From a virus (Duplodnaviria > Caudoviricetes), in the IMG/VR virus record IMGVR_UViG_3300048694_000413, positions 1 to 58,382 of that record: a stretch of DNA of 58,382 nucleotides; one strand, given 5' to 3'. Numbering within the stretch: position 1 is the stretch's first letter; each line of letters starts with the position of its first letter. The translations under genes were made by a program, and so were the position numbers. The notes beneath the pieces were generated by a model, which was not told the origin of the DNA, searched no databases, and saw nothing but the letters and a program-made list of their open reading frames with translations. Below are positions 47,392 through 56,890 of this stretch, piece after piece.

Positions 47392-48315
47392 TTAATAAAA
47401 TAAATAGATTACACCTTGCGCACCAGAACCAGATGTTCCAGTTGTATCAGCAGCACCGCCGCCTCCTGCGCCATATAATCCACCATTTCCACCATTCGCT
47501 GCAGATGCATTGGAACCATTTGCATTTCCACCGTCTAATCTAAATCCTGCTCCCCCGCCTCCTCCTGCAAATGTGTTTGCGGAAATAGCAGATACTACGG
47601 CACCCGAACCACCATTTCCATGGTCAGATTTTCCACCAGAACCACCAGTTGCTGTTGTAGTTGTTGTGCTGAAGGCAGCCCCGCCACCTCCAGTTATTAA
47701 TCCTCTTCCAGATGATGCACCAATTGCATTTGCAATATTGTTATGAACTCCACCGCCGCCTGTACTAATACCCTCTCCAGATGGAAGTGGAGGTGTTGCT
47801 GAAGCGGATGATACTGAACCTCCAGTAGAATATGCTGGTTCAGTAAAACTGCTTGATCCTACAGCACCTGCTGTTGATCCATAAAATGATGTTGATCCAG
47901 ATGTTCCACTGGCACCTGAACCTGAACCTGAACCTGCTCCACCATTATTTGATGTAAAGGGATTCTGTAAAGTTCCTGAACCACCCTGACCTCCGCCAGC
48001 ATAAATATTGCCAAATATTGTATCCCCACCATTATTTCCATATGGAGCAAGCGTAACCCCAGATCCTCCAGCACCAACTATACATGTTGCTGGAATAAAA
48101 GACCATCCTGCAGAAAAACCTCCTGCTCCACCACCGCCGCCTGAACCACTTGTCCCATTTGTAGCCCCACCTGAACCTCCTCCCGCAATACAAATTACAT
48201 ATGCACGATTTATTCCAGTTGGAACTGTTACGGCTCCAGAAGATGTTATTGTTTGACGAAGCGATAATCCATATGGACTATCAACAACTATTGCTCTAGT
48301 ATCATTTACTGCCAT
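47392..48315 (-). CDS. Glycine-rich fibre/adhesin protein, paralog B
   Basis: GGGGGAGG runs; ends GVIYLFY. Confidence 0.72.
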   Translation of the reverse strand: MAVNDTRAIVVDSPYGLSLRQTITSSGAVTVPTGINRAYVICIAGGGSGGATNGTSGSGGGGGAGGFSAGWSFIPATCIVGAGGSGVTLAPYGNNGGDTIFGNIYAGGGQGGSGTLQNPFTSNNGGAGSGSGSGASGTSGSTSFYGSTAGAVGSSSFTEPAYSTGGSVSSASATPPLPSGEGISTGGGGVHNNIANAIGASSGRGLITGGGGAAFSTTTTTATGGSGGKSDHGNGGSGAVVSAISANTFAGGGGGAGFRLDGGNANGSNASAANGGNGGLYGAGGGGAADTTGTSGSGAQGVIYLFY

Positions 48316-48324
48316 TACTTTTCC

Positions 48325-49398
48325 TTAATAAAATAAATATAGAATTCCTGGTCCACCAATGCCACCGCCGCCGCCACCGCCGCCGCCGCCAAGACCGCCG
48401 TTACCTCCAGTAGTACCTGAAGCATTAGAACCATTTCCAGCGACTCCTGCTCCACCACCGCCGCCGCCGTTGGCATTTGTACCTGTTGTTCCAGTTCCAC
48501 CAGTATAAGTAGTATTTGAAATTAATGATCTACCATTTCCACCATTTCCACCAATACGGGTGCCTGTAGTAGTTACAGAAGCACCACCGCCGCCTCCTGC
48601 GAATCCTGATCCGCCATTACCACCATTTGCTGTAGTTGATCCAGCAACGCTATTAAGACCACCACCGCCGCCAGAAATTCCGTTTCCACCATCACCTCCA
48701 GGAATTGAAATTGTTGTGGTAGAGGAAAGACCCCCACCACCACCTGCGCCCAATTGACCTGATGTTCTACTTGCACTACCAGCAACTCCACCAGATTGAC
48801 CATAATATCCAGTTGCTCCTGCAAAGACGGCACCGCTACCGCCACCTGGCTTACCACCAGCATTACCATCACTACCACCTGGTCCAGCAATTATGTGACC
48901 ATATCTAGTATAGCCAGCAATTAATGCTAATGATGTTGATCCTTGTGCACCCTTGCCAACCTGACAAGATGTTCCAGTATTTGGTGTCCATCCCCATGAT
49001 ATTCCACCTGCGCCGCCGCCGCCACGAGTGTTTCCACCATTTCCGCCGCCGCCGACGGCAATAACAAATACCCATGGAATACTTTGTGGTATTGTAGAAA
49101 TTGTTATTGGATATGCCCAGGCTGAAGTTATAGTGCCAGTTCCAGTTGTTGTTGATGAATATGTAAATTGTGTTGATGATGCTGTTGCAACAGTAAAGGT
49201 TCCATTATATGCAGTTGTTGTTGTAACTCCTACAATAACTATAGATTGACCAACAAAAAAATTATTAGGAACAGTGACAGTAACTGTTGTTCCACTTCCA
49301 GAAATTGCTGTTATTTTTCCTGCATAATGTGTTTGTCTTAATTTTAATCCACTTGGGACTATTCCCGAATTTTGTGCTCCATCGATAGTAGTAATCAT
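48325..49398 (-). CDS. Glycine-rich fibre/adhesin protein, paralog A
   Basis: Same architecture as paralog B plus an inserted beta domain; ends GILYLFY. Confidence 0.72.
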   Translation of the reverse strand: MITTIDGAQNSGIVPSGLKLRQTHYAGKITAISGSGTTVTVTVPNNFFVGQSIVIVGVTTTTAYNGTFTVATASSTQFTYSSTTTGTGTITSAWAYPITISTIPQSIPWVFVIAVGGGGNGGNTRGGGGAGGISWGWTPNTGTSCQVGKGAQGSTSLALIAGYTRYGHIIAGPGGSDGNAGGKPGGGSGAVFAGATGYYGQSGGVAGSASRTSGQLGAGGGGGLSSTTTISIPGGDGGNGISGGGGGLNSVAGSTTANGGNGGSGFAGGGGGASVTTTGTRIGGNGGNGRSLISNTTYTGGTGTTGTNANGGGGGGAGVAGNGSNASGTTGGNGGLGGGGGGGGGGIGGPGILYLFY

Positions 49399-49724
49399 TA
49401 AGAAATCTCACTTCCAAAAGCAGTAAAGGTTAGAGCAGATCCCGTTCCAGAAATAACTGTAAGAACATCTGTTGCTGCTAAAGTGATTCCAAGGGTAAGT
49501 GTAATAGTTGTATTTCCTAGACATGTTGCATCATAAATAATAGCATTTGATGTCGCTGTTGCTGCTCCCGCAATGCGAGCATGAACTCTATATGTAGAAG
49601 CGGATGATGTTGTATTTGTAACAATTAAAGTAGAAACAACTTGAGATTTTGCTGACCCAACGGTAATTAAGTCAGATGAAGTATTTGGAACTGCTTGTCC
49701 CAAAATTTTATATGTATTTGCCAT
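49398..49724 (-). CDS. Small virion beta-sandwich protein
   Basis: MANTYKILGQ...TLGITL...FTAFGSEIS, a common phage accessory structural family. Confidence 0.65.
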   Translation of the reverse strand: MANTYKILGQAVPNTSSDLITVGSAKSQVVSTLIVTNTTSSASTYRVHARIAGAATATSNAIIYDATCLGNTTITLTLGITLAATDVLTVISGTGSALTFTAFGSEIS

Positions 49725-49725
49725 T

Positions 49726-49995
49726 TTATCCTCCCATCAATAAGAAATCAGAAAAGGCTGCATCGCCAGCACCAGCAAGTGCGGATATAGTAATAGTATC
49801 AGTGGCAGCATTTGTTGTAATAACAATATTTGTTCCAGCAACAAGAGTGAGAGTGTCTCCAAGAGTATCTGCTACAACATTTGACTGTCCAGCAACTGTA
49901 ACAGTTCCAAAAGCCAGAGCATTACTAAGATCTGGACTAGAAGATGAAATCTCTATCCATTGAGAACCATCATAAACTCTCATTATTTTTGCCAT
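49726..49995 (-). CDS. Short fibre/linker protein
   Basis: YDGSQW, VAGQSNVVAD...DTLTLVAGTNIVIT, C-terminal FLLMGG. Confidence 0.6.
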   Translation of the reverse strand: MAKIMRVYDGSQWIEISSSSPDLSNALAFGTVTVAGQSNVVADTLGDTLTLVAGTNIVITTNAATDTITISALAGAGDAAFSDFLLMGG

Positions 49996-50017
49996 AATTT
50001 ACCTCTTCATCATTATA

Positions 50018-51100
50018 CTATAATTCAGCAGAAAATCCAATGTATGCTGTAGAAGTATTATTAGCATTAAGTGAAGAAAAGTTTCCTGCCACAAGACCAG
50101 ATGCAACTGCTGCACCAAGACCAGTAATGTCTGTAGATCTATTATTTAATGCTAAAGTTGGCACACTAGTTAAGGCTTGAATATTACCATTTGCTAATGT
50201 TACTCCATAGTTTGATGCTGTTCCAGTAGTATCAATTGATGAAACAACTGTTCTCATTGTTACTGGATTCTTTATAGAGAACTGTGCTGCAGTTGCCGAT
50301 ATTGCTTGTCCTGCTCCAAAATATGTATAAATATTTGTTGCATCACTACTAATTCTATAATAATATCTTTGACATAAAGCAAGTTCTTGTCCATATGGTC
50401 TATGTTCAAATGGTGTTGCAGATGTTCCAAGTTCAAGTTGGATTTGTGAATAATCTGTAGTAACACCACTTGATATGCCACCAGATAATGCAATTCTTAA
50501 TCCCAGTGCTGTAGATGGAACGGTAAATGTAACTGTTTCTTTTGTCCAAGTATTTGCTACTAGTGCAGTTGCAGTTGATGTGGTAAGAGCAGTTGTCTGA
50601 CTTGCTAATGCATCAGTAGTTGTGCTATATGTTATTGTTGTAACTGGAGAAATTGTTGATGTAGATCTAACCCAATAACTTAAAGTAACTGACTTACCAG
50701 CAAGTTTTATTACATTTGCTGTTTCAAGTGCCTGTTGTAGAATACCTCCAGCAACACCAGCAATAGAGGTAATGCTCCAGTAGTACTGAGAACCTGATAA
50801 TGGACTTGTAGTTCCTCTAGATACCGTGTGATTGGTACCACTTGTAGATGACCATCTATCTGCAAGATATCCTCCTGGTGCAGACTGAGAAGTACCTCTT
50901 TGCCAGAATTCAAAATTTCCGTTGATAATAAAATTTCTATTTCCAGTTTGATATGTTCCGTCATAAATAGGAACATCAATATCTGATTCAATCCAAATAT
51001 CACCTGCTACTGGAGATGTTGGTGCAGAAGCCTGATAATATGGCTTTGAACTTCCAGCCTGTAAAACCCACTGTGTACCATTCCATCTTTTAACTGCCAT
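50018..51100 (-). CDS. Fibre protein with CBM-like domain
   Basis: RNFIINGNFEFWQRGTS...ADRW...QLELGTSATPFEHRPYGQELALCQRYY signature. Confidence 0.75.
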   Translation of the reverse strand: MAVKRWNGTQWVLQAGSSKPYYQASAPTSPVAGDIWIESDIDVPIYDGTYQTGNRNFIINGNFEFWQRGTSQSAPGGYLADRWSSTSGTNHTVSRGTTSPLSGSQYYWSITSIAGVAGGILQQALETANVIKLAGKSVTLSYWVRSTSTISPVTTITYSTTTDALASQTTALTTSTATALVANTWTKETVTFTVPSTALGLRIALSGGISSGVTTDYSQIQLELGTSATPFEHRPYGQELALCQRYYYRISSDATNIYTYFGAGQAISATAAQFSIKNPVTMRTVVSSIDTTGTASNYGVTLANGNIQALTSVPTLALNNRSTDITGLGAAVASGLVAGNFSSLNANNTSTAYIGFSAEL

Positions 51101-51238
51101 TTATTCTACAACCTCAACCTTGTCTGTAATTTCTTGTCCACATGGACCACAAATACATGTTGGTGCTGGATTTTCAAATGGAATTGGTGCTCCATTATTC
51201 ATACATCCTTCTGTATGGCATGTTAATATTAATATCAT
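51101..51238 (-). CDS. Small Cys-rich protein (45 aa), not in the ORF track
   Basis: MILILTCHTEGCMNNGAPIPFENPAPTCICGPCGQEITDKVEVVE; exactly fills the gap; GGAAGGA SD. Confidence 0.75.
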   Translation of the reverse strand: MILILTCHTEGCMNNGAPIPFENPAPTCICGPCGQEITDKVEVVE

Positions 51239-51239
51239 T

Positions 51240-51734
51240 TTATCCTTCCTTAGAGCCTGATGTCATCTGAACTGCAAGCCAATTGACTACTTGATTACCA
51301 GTTGACCAAGTAGTAGCATCTCCAGTATAACAGTAAATATCACAACCGCTTGTTGTAATTGCATTTGCTCTTGGTACAAGTCTTTGAGTTCCACCAACGG
51401 CAGAAGATAGGGAAACTTGTACAAGTGGGGCAATAGTAAATCTGCTAGTTGGGAATGTAATACTTACGAGTCCGTATGATGCTGATGGTGGAGTTATGGT
51501 AACATTTCCAGAAGACATTGCAAATGGTCCATTACCAAAGTGTGATGCTACAGTTGCCCCACCAGCAGCGGTAGTAGTAATTGCTCCAGCCCATTTAATC
51601 CATGCAGAACCATCATAAATACTTACAGTTTTAGTATCTGTTTCATAAACAAACTGTCCTTCATATGGTGCAGATGGACGAGTAGTTGATGTACAACTAT
51701 AAACTGGCTCTGAATTTTCTTGTGCTCTAGTCAT
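51240..51734 (-). CDS. Fibre protein with H-type-lectin-like C-terminus
   Basis: TSTTRPSAPYEGQFVYETDT...YDGSAW then ITFPTSRFTIAPLVQVS...NWLAVQ. Confidence 0.7.
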   Translation of the reverse strand: MTRAQENSEPVYSCTSTTRPSAPYEGQFVYETDTKTVSIYDGSAWIKWAGAITTTAAGGATVASHFGNGPFAMSSGNVTITPPSASYGLVSITFPTSRFTIAPLVQVSLSSAVGGTQRLVPRANAITTSGCDIYCYTGDATTWSTGNQVVNWLAVQMTSGSKEG

Positions 51735-51758
51735 TTTTTCTCCAAATTACATTATACA

Positions 51759-53567
51759 TTATCTAATCCTTAGTGCTGTTATTGCGTTTGCCGCTCCAAG
51801 TGCGGAGTAGGTAGTAGCAATTGTAGAAGCACCATTTCTACAAATATATGGAGCATAAATTGTATTACTTGCAACAGTTATAACTGTTTGCATAGAGGTT
51901 AATCCTACACCAGCAGTAGTTGTAGCATATCCAGTTGCACCTCTAGAAGATGCGACTTCAGTACCGCTAGTAGAATTATAAATTCCAACATTAACTCCAT
52001 CAGCATTAACACTCATAATAATAGAAGCAAGTCCCTGTACAAGCCATGTTCCAGGAGTAAGAGTAATGGTAGCATTTCCAATAATATTACCACCAGAAGT
52101 ACCCGTCTGTGTAGTAGTACTTCTTGCTGTTATAACTTCACCAATATTACCAGCAGTAGAAGTCATTGCTGGTATTGATACTGTTCCAGTAAATGTTGGT
52201 GATGCAATTGTAGAATATTTTGCATCAGATTGCGCTTGAGTATAATAATCAAGAAAGGTAACAAATTGTGGAGCAATTACTTCAATAGTATCATTTAATA
52301 TTAAAGCATTGGTAAATGTAATAGATGTGCCATTAGTAGCAGTATAATCACTGCCACGATATAGAAGAACACCATTTATATATACCTGCTCATATCCAGG
52401 ATTATACGAAAGACCCGTTCCATTAGTATCTGTTCCAGAAATTGTTATTTGCCCAGATGTTGCTAATGCTCTCCATCTTATAATTGTTGTTCCAGCATTT
52501 GAACCACTATCATCTACCCAAATATCTCCAACAGTAGGAGATGCTGGTGCTGTTGCTCCTGCATATATTATTCCATACTGTCCAGCAAGATTGTCAGTAT
52601 CATAAACAATATCTGATTTTCCTGTAACAGAAAAGTCTCCACTTATAGTTTTATTACCAGAGAATGTTTGTGTGGTTGCACTTACAATTCCAGATGTTGA
52701 TGTTGCTGCTATAGGAAGATCTGCTGCAACAATTGCTCTGAATGTTGGTAAACCTGCTGAACCATTTGGTGCTGATAAAAAAGTATTGGCAGTTTTTGAT
52801 GCGAATGGATTTACTGTATCTCCATATGCTGTTGCAAGAGATATAGTTCCAGTAGTTGTAATTGTTCCACCAGATAGTCCAGTTCCAGCAGTAATGCTTG
52901 TTACTGCAGAAGTAATAAATGATGAAGCATGAAAACCATCTAGTGTGTCTGCATCTAATCCCGAACCAGCACCGTCATTGTTTGAATGCCAAATTGTATA
53001 TCCACCATAGGTAAGAGCACCAGTTCCACTTCTTCCAAGGGCTGTGGCATCTGAGTCACCAAATACTATATAGCCATTTGCAGAGTTCTGCTGACCTTTA
53101 ACTCTAATTGTATTTGCAACATTTATATCGCCAATCCAGGCATCGTCACCAACTTTAAAATTAGTTCCTAAGCCATTATTACTTGCTGCAAATTGGTCTG
53201 CTGTTAATGTTCCAGAAAGAGTATTAATAGTTCCACCAGAACTAAGAGTTGTTCCAGCAAGGGTAGGGGCGGTATAAGAACTTCCACCAGCAAGGTTGCT
53301 TCCAGCAGAACTTGCACCACTAGTTATATCAATATAAAACCCTCTGTTAGTTCCACCTTGTTCAAAAAATCTAAGTTTATTTTGATAAATATCAATAGTT
53401 ACATTTGTACCAGAAAGAGTAGAGCCAGATGAAGGAACAGATAGTTCAATTTGTCCACCTTCATTTGTCATAGACATAGTAGATTTAAGTACGCCACCTG
53501 AAGCAATGTCACCAGTAGCGGTAACAGTGCCTGATGCAGATATGTTTGACTTAAATGCCTTAGACAT
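51759..53567 (-). CDS. Mosaic fibre protein (602 aa)
   Basis: IWHSNNDGAGSGLDADTLDG, VTSITAGTGLSGG, PTFRAIVAADLP, VYINGVLL...DYTATNG, SPTFTG fibre modules. Confidence 0.75.
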   Translation of the reverse strand: MSKAFKSNISASGTVTATGDIASGGVLKSTMSMTNEGGQIELSVPSSGSTLSGTNVTIDIYQNKLRFFEQGGTNRGFYIDITSGASSAGSNLAGGSSYTAPTLAGTTLSSGGTINTLSGTLTADQFAASNNGLGTNFKVGDDAWIGDINVANTIRVKGQQNSANGYIVFGDSDATALGRSGTGALTYGGYTIWHSNNDGAGSGLDADTLDGFHASSFITSAVTSITAGTGLSGGTITTTGTISLATAYGDTVNPFASKTANTFLSAPNGSAGLPTFRAIVAADLPIAATSTSGIVSATTQTFSGNKTISGDFSVTGKSDIVYDTDNLAGQYGIIYAGATAPASPTVGDIWVDDSGSNAGTTIIRWRALATSGQITISGTDTNGTGLSYNPGYEQVYINGVLLYRGSDYTATNGTSITFTNALILNDTIEVIAPQFVTFLDYYTQAQSDAKYSTIASPTFTGTVSIPAMTSTAGNIGEVITARSTTTQTGTSGGNIIGNATITLTPGTWLVQGLASIIMSVNADGVNVGIYNSTSGTEVASSRGATGYATTTAGVGLTSMQTVITVASNTIYAPYICRNGASTIATTYSALGAANAITALRIR

Positions 53568-53597
53568 TGATCTCCTTTTTTATTATTGTACTATTTA

Positions 53598-56081
53598 TTA
53601 GCCAACAATAACAACATTGTATGTAATACCAGTTGCTGGAGCGGTTGCAAAGGACACAGTAATGCTTCCTGTAGTTGCTCTTACAATATCAACTTCAACT
53701 TCAGCATATTGAGTATCTGGAGTAGCAGAAGTCTGGTAAACCTGAACCTGAACATCTCTTGAAGCGAAGTTATGACTTACTGTGAATGTTGATGTTGTAT
53801 TATCACCAGTAATTGTCGCTGTCTGCTTCTGAGTTGCATATGTATATGAACCACCAGAAACTCCAGTATTACCTGACTGAGATGTTGTACCTGTGGCAAA
53901 TCCGAGTGATACCCCTGCTGAACCATTGTAAGATGTTCCAGTTAGACCAGTTCCAATTGTCAATGCATTTAGGTTAGAACCTAGAGATACACCAGAAATT
54001 GTGCTATTGGTAAGATATGAGTTTCCAATAGAACCTGTCGCAAGGTCTACCACACCAGATGTTGCAGTAAATCTTGTTGCATTAAATGCTGCAATACCCT
54101 TTGTTGAACCATCTGCGGCTGCTACAGTATGTGTACCAGTTACAATATTTGTAACACGACCATATGAATCAACTGTTAGTCCTTGTACAACTGAACCGCT
54201 TGCAGAACCAGAACCAGTTGTTCCTGTTGATACTGTAGCAAGATCAATGCTGTCGGCATTAACAACAATTCTTGAAGTTGATGCTGTTACAACATCAAAT
54301 GTTGTTCCAGTCTGTGTAAGACCAGCACCTGCAGTATAAGCACCAGCACCTGAGAACTGACTCCATACCTGACCAGTAAAATCTGTTAGGTAATGGTTTG
54401 TCTGTACCCATCCAGTCTTTCCATATGTAGTACCTTCCATAACGAATACAGAAGAGCCAATAAGTTCTGTGTATACATCGGCATCAGTGGCACGAGAAAG
54501 TGTATATGTTGTTCCGTTATCGGTGTATACATAAATACCATTCTGTGAACCAGTTGTCTGCCCCTTAAGAAGAATTCTATATCCACTATGTGTTGATGTT
54601 AGAGTTGCATGTCCATCAATTGTTACGGTATTTGTATTTCCAGTTAATGGAACATTTGATGCAGCAAGAAGATTTACTTCTGGATGCCAGTCAATTCCTG
54701 ATACAGCATTATCTACATACAACTTATTGGCAGCATCTGTAGAATTAACAGGAGTTGGAACTGTTACCGTTGTGGCACTTCCAAAGTTTACCGTTCCTGT
54801 TGCGGCTAGACCAGAAAGTGTACCAACTGATGTTAGTGAAGATGATGTAACTCCAGAATTTAGAGTTGAACCAGTTAGTGTTCCTGCTGCGGCAGTTACT
54901 GTAATATTTGCAGTACCATCGAATGATGTTCCGTTAATTGTACGGGCTGTCTGAAGTGCTGTTGCAGTTGAAGCATTACCACTAAGAGCAGCAGTAATTG
55001 TTCCTGCAGAGAAGTTTCCAGAAGAATCTCTTGCTACAATTGCTGATGCAGTATTTGCAGAAGCAGCGGTAGTTGCAGAGTTTGGAATATTTGTAAGTGA
55101 AGCACCAGAGCCACTAAATACTGTAGCAGAAAGTGTTCCTGTTGATGGTGTGAATGTAAGTTTTGTACTAGATACATTAATTCCATTATTTCCAGATGTT
55201 GCACCTACCCATGTTAGGTATTGTGCTGTTGAAGTTGTAGTATCATTTGTAGTAGCAACATTTGTTGTATTGCTAGCATTTGTTGCAGTGCCAACTGATA
55301 GTGAAGACTGTGATGTCCAGGTTGGTGTTCCAGAACCTGCAGATGTAAGAACCTGACCAGATGTTCCAGCACTTGTGAATGCATATGCAGAACCGTTTCC
55401 GAATGCAATTGCACCTGCTGTTGGAGTAGCAGTACCATTAGTACCACCAGAACCAATTGCTAGAGTTGAACTAAGACCTGCTGCAGTACCAGTAATATTT
55501 GAATCTGTAAATGCAATTGTCTTTGTAGCAGAACCGTTGTAGAATTTTAGTGCTCCAGTATTGTTCCAGATATCTCCAGATGCTGGTGCTGATGGATCTG
55601 TAGTACCAGTCATATTTAGACCAGCATATCCAGTCGCTGTTGCGGCTAGTGTGGTCTTTCCACCTGAAATTGTAAGTCCAGCAGTTGGGGCAGTTGTGCC
55701 AACACCTAATGCAGCGAACTGTGGCTTTGAGGTAGTGTTGATACTCTGTGGCAAAGATAGGGTAATGGTTCCAGAACCATTTGTAACTACTACCTGGTCT
55801 GTTGTTCCAGATAGAGTTATAGAACCAGTAATAGAGTTAAGTGATGATACTACAGATGAACCTGTAGCAACCTGAACCCAGTTTCCTGTTCCTGAACCAG
55901 TCGCATACCATAGAGTATTTGAAGTTGTGTTGTAGTATAGTGAACCTGCGCCAGCGGCGGAAGGTGCTGATGATTGTGGATCAATCTTTGCTGATGCCTT
56001 AATAATAGACCCTGTTGCTACTAGAGCATTAAGAAGTTGATTACTTCCGAGGTCTATGTTTACTAGAAATTTCTTTGCCAT
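53598..56081 (-). CDS. Long Thr/Gly/Ser-rich fibre protein (827 aa)
   Basis: ATALQTARTINGTSFDGTANI, SSLTSVGTL, DAANKLYVD, RILLKGQT...QNGIY, C-terminal HNFASRDVQV domain. Confidence 0.8.
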   Translation of the reverse strand: MAKKFLVNIDLGSNQLLNALVATGSIIKASAKIDPQSSAPSAAGAGSLYYNTTSNTLWYATGSGTGNWVQVATGSSVVSSLNSITGSITLSGTTDQVVVTNGSGTITLSLPQSINTTSKPQFAALGVGTTAPTAGLTISGGKTTLAATATGYAGLNMTGTTDPSAPASGDIWNNTGALKFYNGSATKTIAFTDSNITGTAAGLSSTLAIGSGGTNGTATPTAGAIAFGNGSAYAFTSAGTSGQVLTSAGSGTPTWTSQSSLSVGTATNASNTTNVATTNDTTTSTAQYLTWVGATSGNNGINVSSTKLTFTPSTGTLSATVFSGSGASLTNIPNSATTAASANTASAIVARDSSGNFSAGTITAALSGNASTATALQTARTINGTSFDGTANITVTAAAGTLTGSTLNSGVTSSSLTSVGTLSGLAATGTVNFGSATTVTVPTPVNSTDAANKLYVDNAVSGIDWHPEVNLLAASNVPLTGNTNTVTIDGHATLTSTHSGYRILLKGQTTGSQNGIYVYTDNGTTYTLSRATDADVYTELIGSSVFVMEGTTYGKTGWVQTNHYLTDFTGQVWSQFSGAGAYTAGAGLTQTGTTFDVVTASTSRIVVNADSIDLATVSTGTTGSGSASGSVVQGLTVDSYGRVTNIVTGTHTVAAADGSTKGIAAFNATRFTATSGVVDLATGSIGNSYLTNSTISGVSLGSNLNALTIGTGLTGTSYNGSAGVSLGFATGTTSQSGNTGVSGGSYTYATQKQTATITGDNTTSTFTVSHNFASRDVQVQVYQTSATPDTQYAEVEVDIVRATTGSITVSFATAPATGITYNVVIVG

Positions 56082-56097
56082 TTATATATCTCCTTTT

Positions 56098-56526
56098 TTA
56101 AGAAAGATAGGCATATCCAGATAACCCATAGTTAAAATTAATAACCATAGAGTTGACATCGATATGATCCACATCTCCCTCAATTCCATTTTTTGCATAG
56201 TCTTGAATACTAACTGCTGGTCTATATCCAAGATTGTGTGTTATACTCCATGTATCTGAATCAAACTGTTGTTCATGTACAAAAGAGTAAAAAGTTGGGT
56301 CTGCAGATGTTCCTGCTGGACCCTGGATTCCTTGATCTCCTTGGTCTCCCTTTTGACCTTGCGGTCCTTGCACTCCCTGTGGTCCCTGTGGTCCTGCTTC
56401 ACCTTGTGGACCTTGGTCTCCCTTTGGTCCTTGAGCACCTGGAGATGCAATTGTTACAGAATTTTTACTTTCAGTAACTTCTACATTATATACCTTTGGC
56501 TCTACAATCACAATTGGATCAGACAC
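56098..56526 (-). CDS. Collagen triple-helix repeat protein
   Basis: About 14 consecutive G-X-Y triplets ([18 protein letters not shown]...) then [13 protein letters not shown] domain. Confidence 0.88.
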   Translation of the reverse strand: MSDPIVIVEPKVYNVEVTESKNSVTIASPGAQGPKGDQGPQGEAGPQGPQGVQGPQGQKGDQGDQGIQGPAGTSADPTFYSFVHEQQFDSDTWSITHNLGYRPAVSIQDYAKNGIEGDVDHIDVNSMVINFNYGLSGYAYLS

Positions 56527-56861
56527 TAAGATATACTCCTCTCAACGGCAAACCATCCTGCCAGAATAGTTGTCTTTATTGAACCACTATCAAGTTTTAA
56601 TTGATAGTATGCTTTTGGAACAGTAAACTTTTTTGTTTCAGCAGATACAATAGTTATAGTTAAATGACCTGCATTATCTACAACAATCTCTCCACCATTA
56701 ATGGATGCAAGTGTACATAAAACCTGACCACCTTGTTGGTCTCTTACTTCAAATGTTCCGTCAAATGATGTAAGATCAATTGGTACTCCATTTGGATCTT
56801 TATAGGTTACATTAAGAATAAAAGTGTCACCTTGAACTATCTCAAAGTTTACTGTTTGCAT
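56526..56861 (-). CDS. Small Ig-like virion protein (BppU N-terminal-like)
   Basis: IVQGDTF...PIDLT...YYQL...ILAGWFAV; heads the fibre island. Confidence 0.62.
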   Translation of the reverse strand: MQTVNFEIVQGDTFILNVTYKDPNGVPIDLTSFDGTFEVRDQQGGQVLCTLASINGGEIVVDNAGHLTITIVSAETKKFTVPKAYYQLKLDSGSIKTTILAGWFAVERSIS

Positions 56862-56890
56862 AATTCACCTACTGATTTCATGTTAGTTAA

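Noticed and set aside
39842-48890. Alternate-frame minus-strand ORFs such as 39842-40024, 40258-40572, 48315-48500 and 48573-48890
   Set aside because: Nested in real genes. Gly codon runs produce the Ala/Val-rich shadows, and 40258-40572 runs through a terminator.
56305-56440. 9-nt periodic DNA repeat
   Set aside because: Explained by collagen G-X-Y codons; not an independent repeat element.
44760-56861. Diversity-generating retroelement or invertible shufflon acting on the fibre genes
   Set aside because: No reverse transcriptase or recombinase in the window, all genes are co-oriented, and I found no near-identical TR/VR pair by eye. A self dot-plot would be the decisive test.
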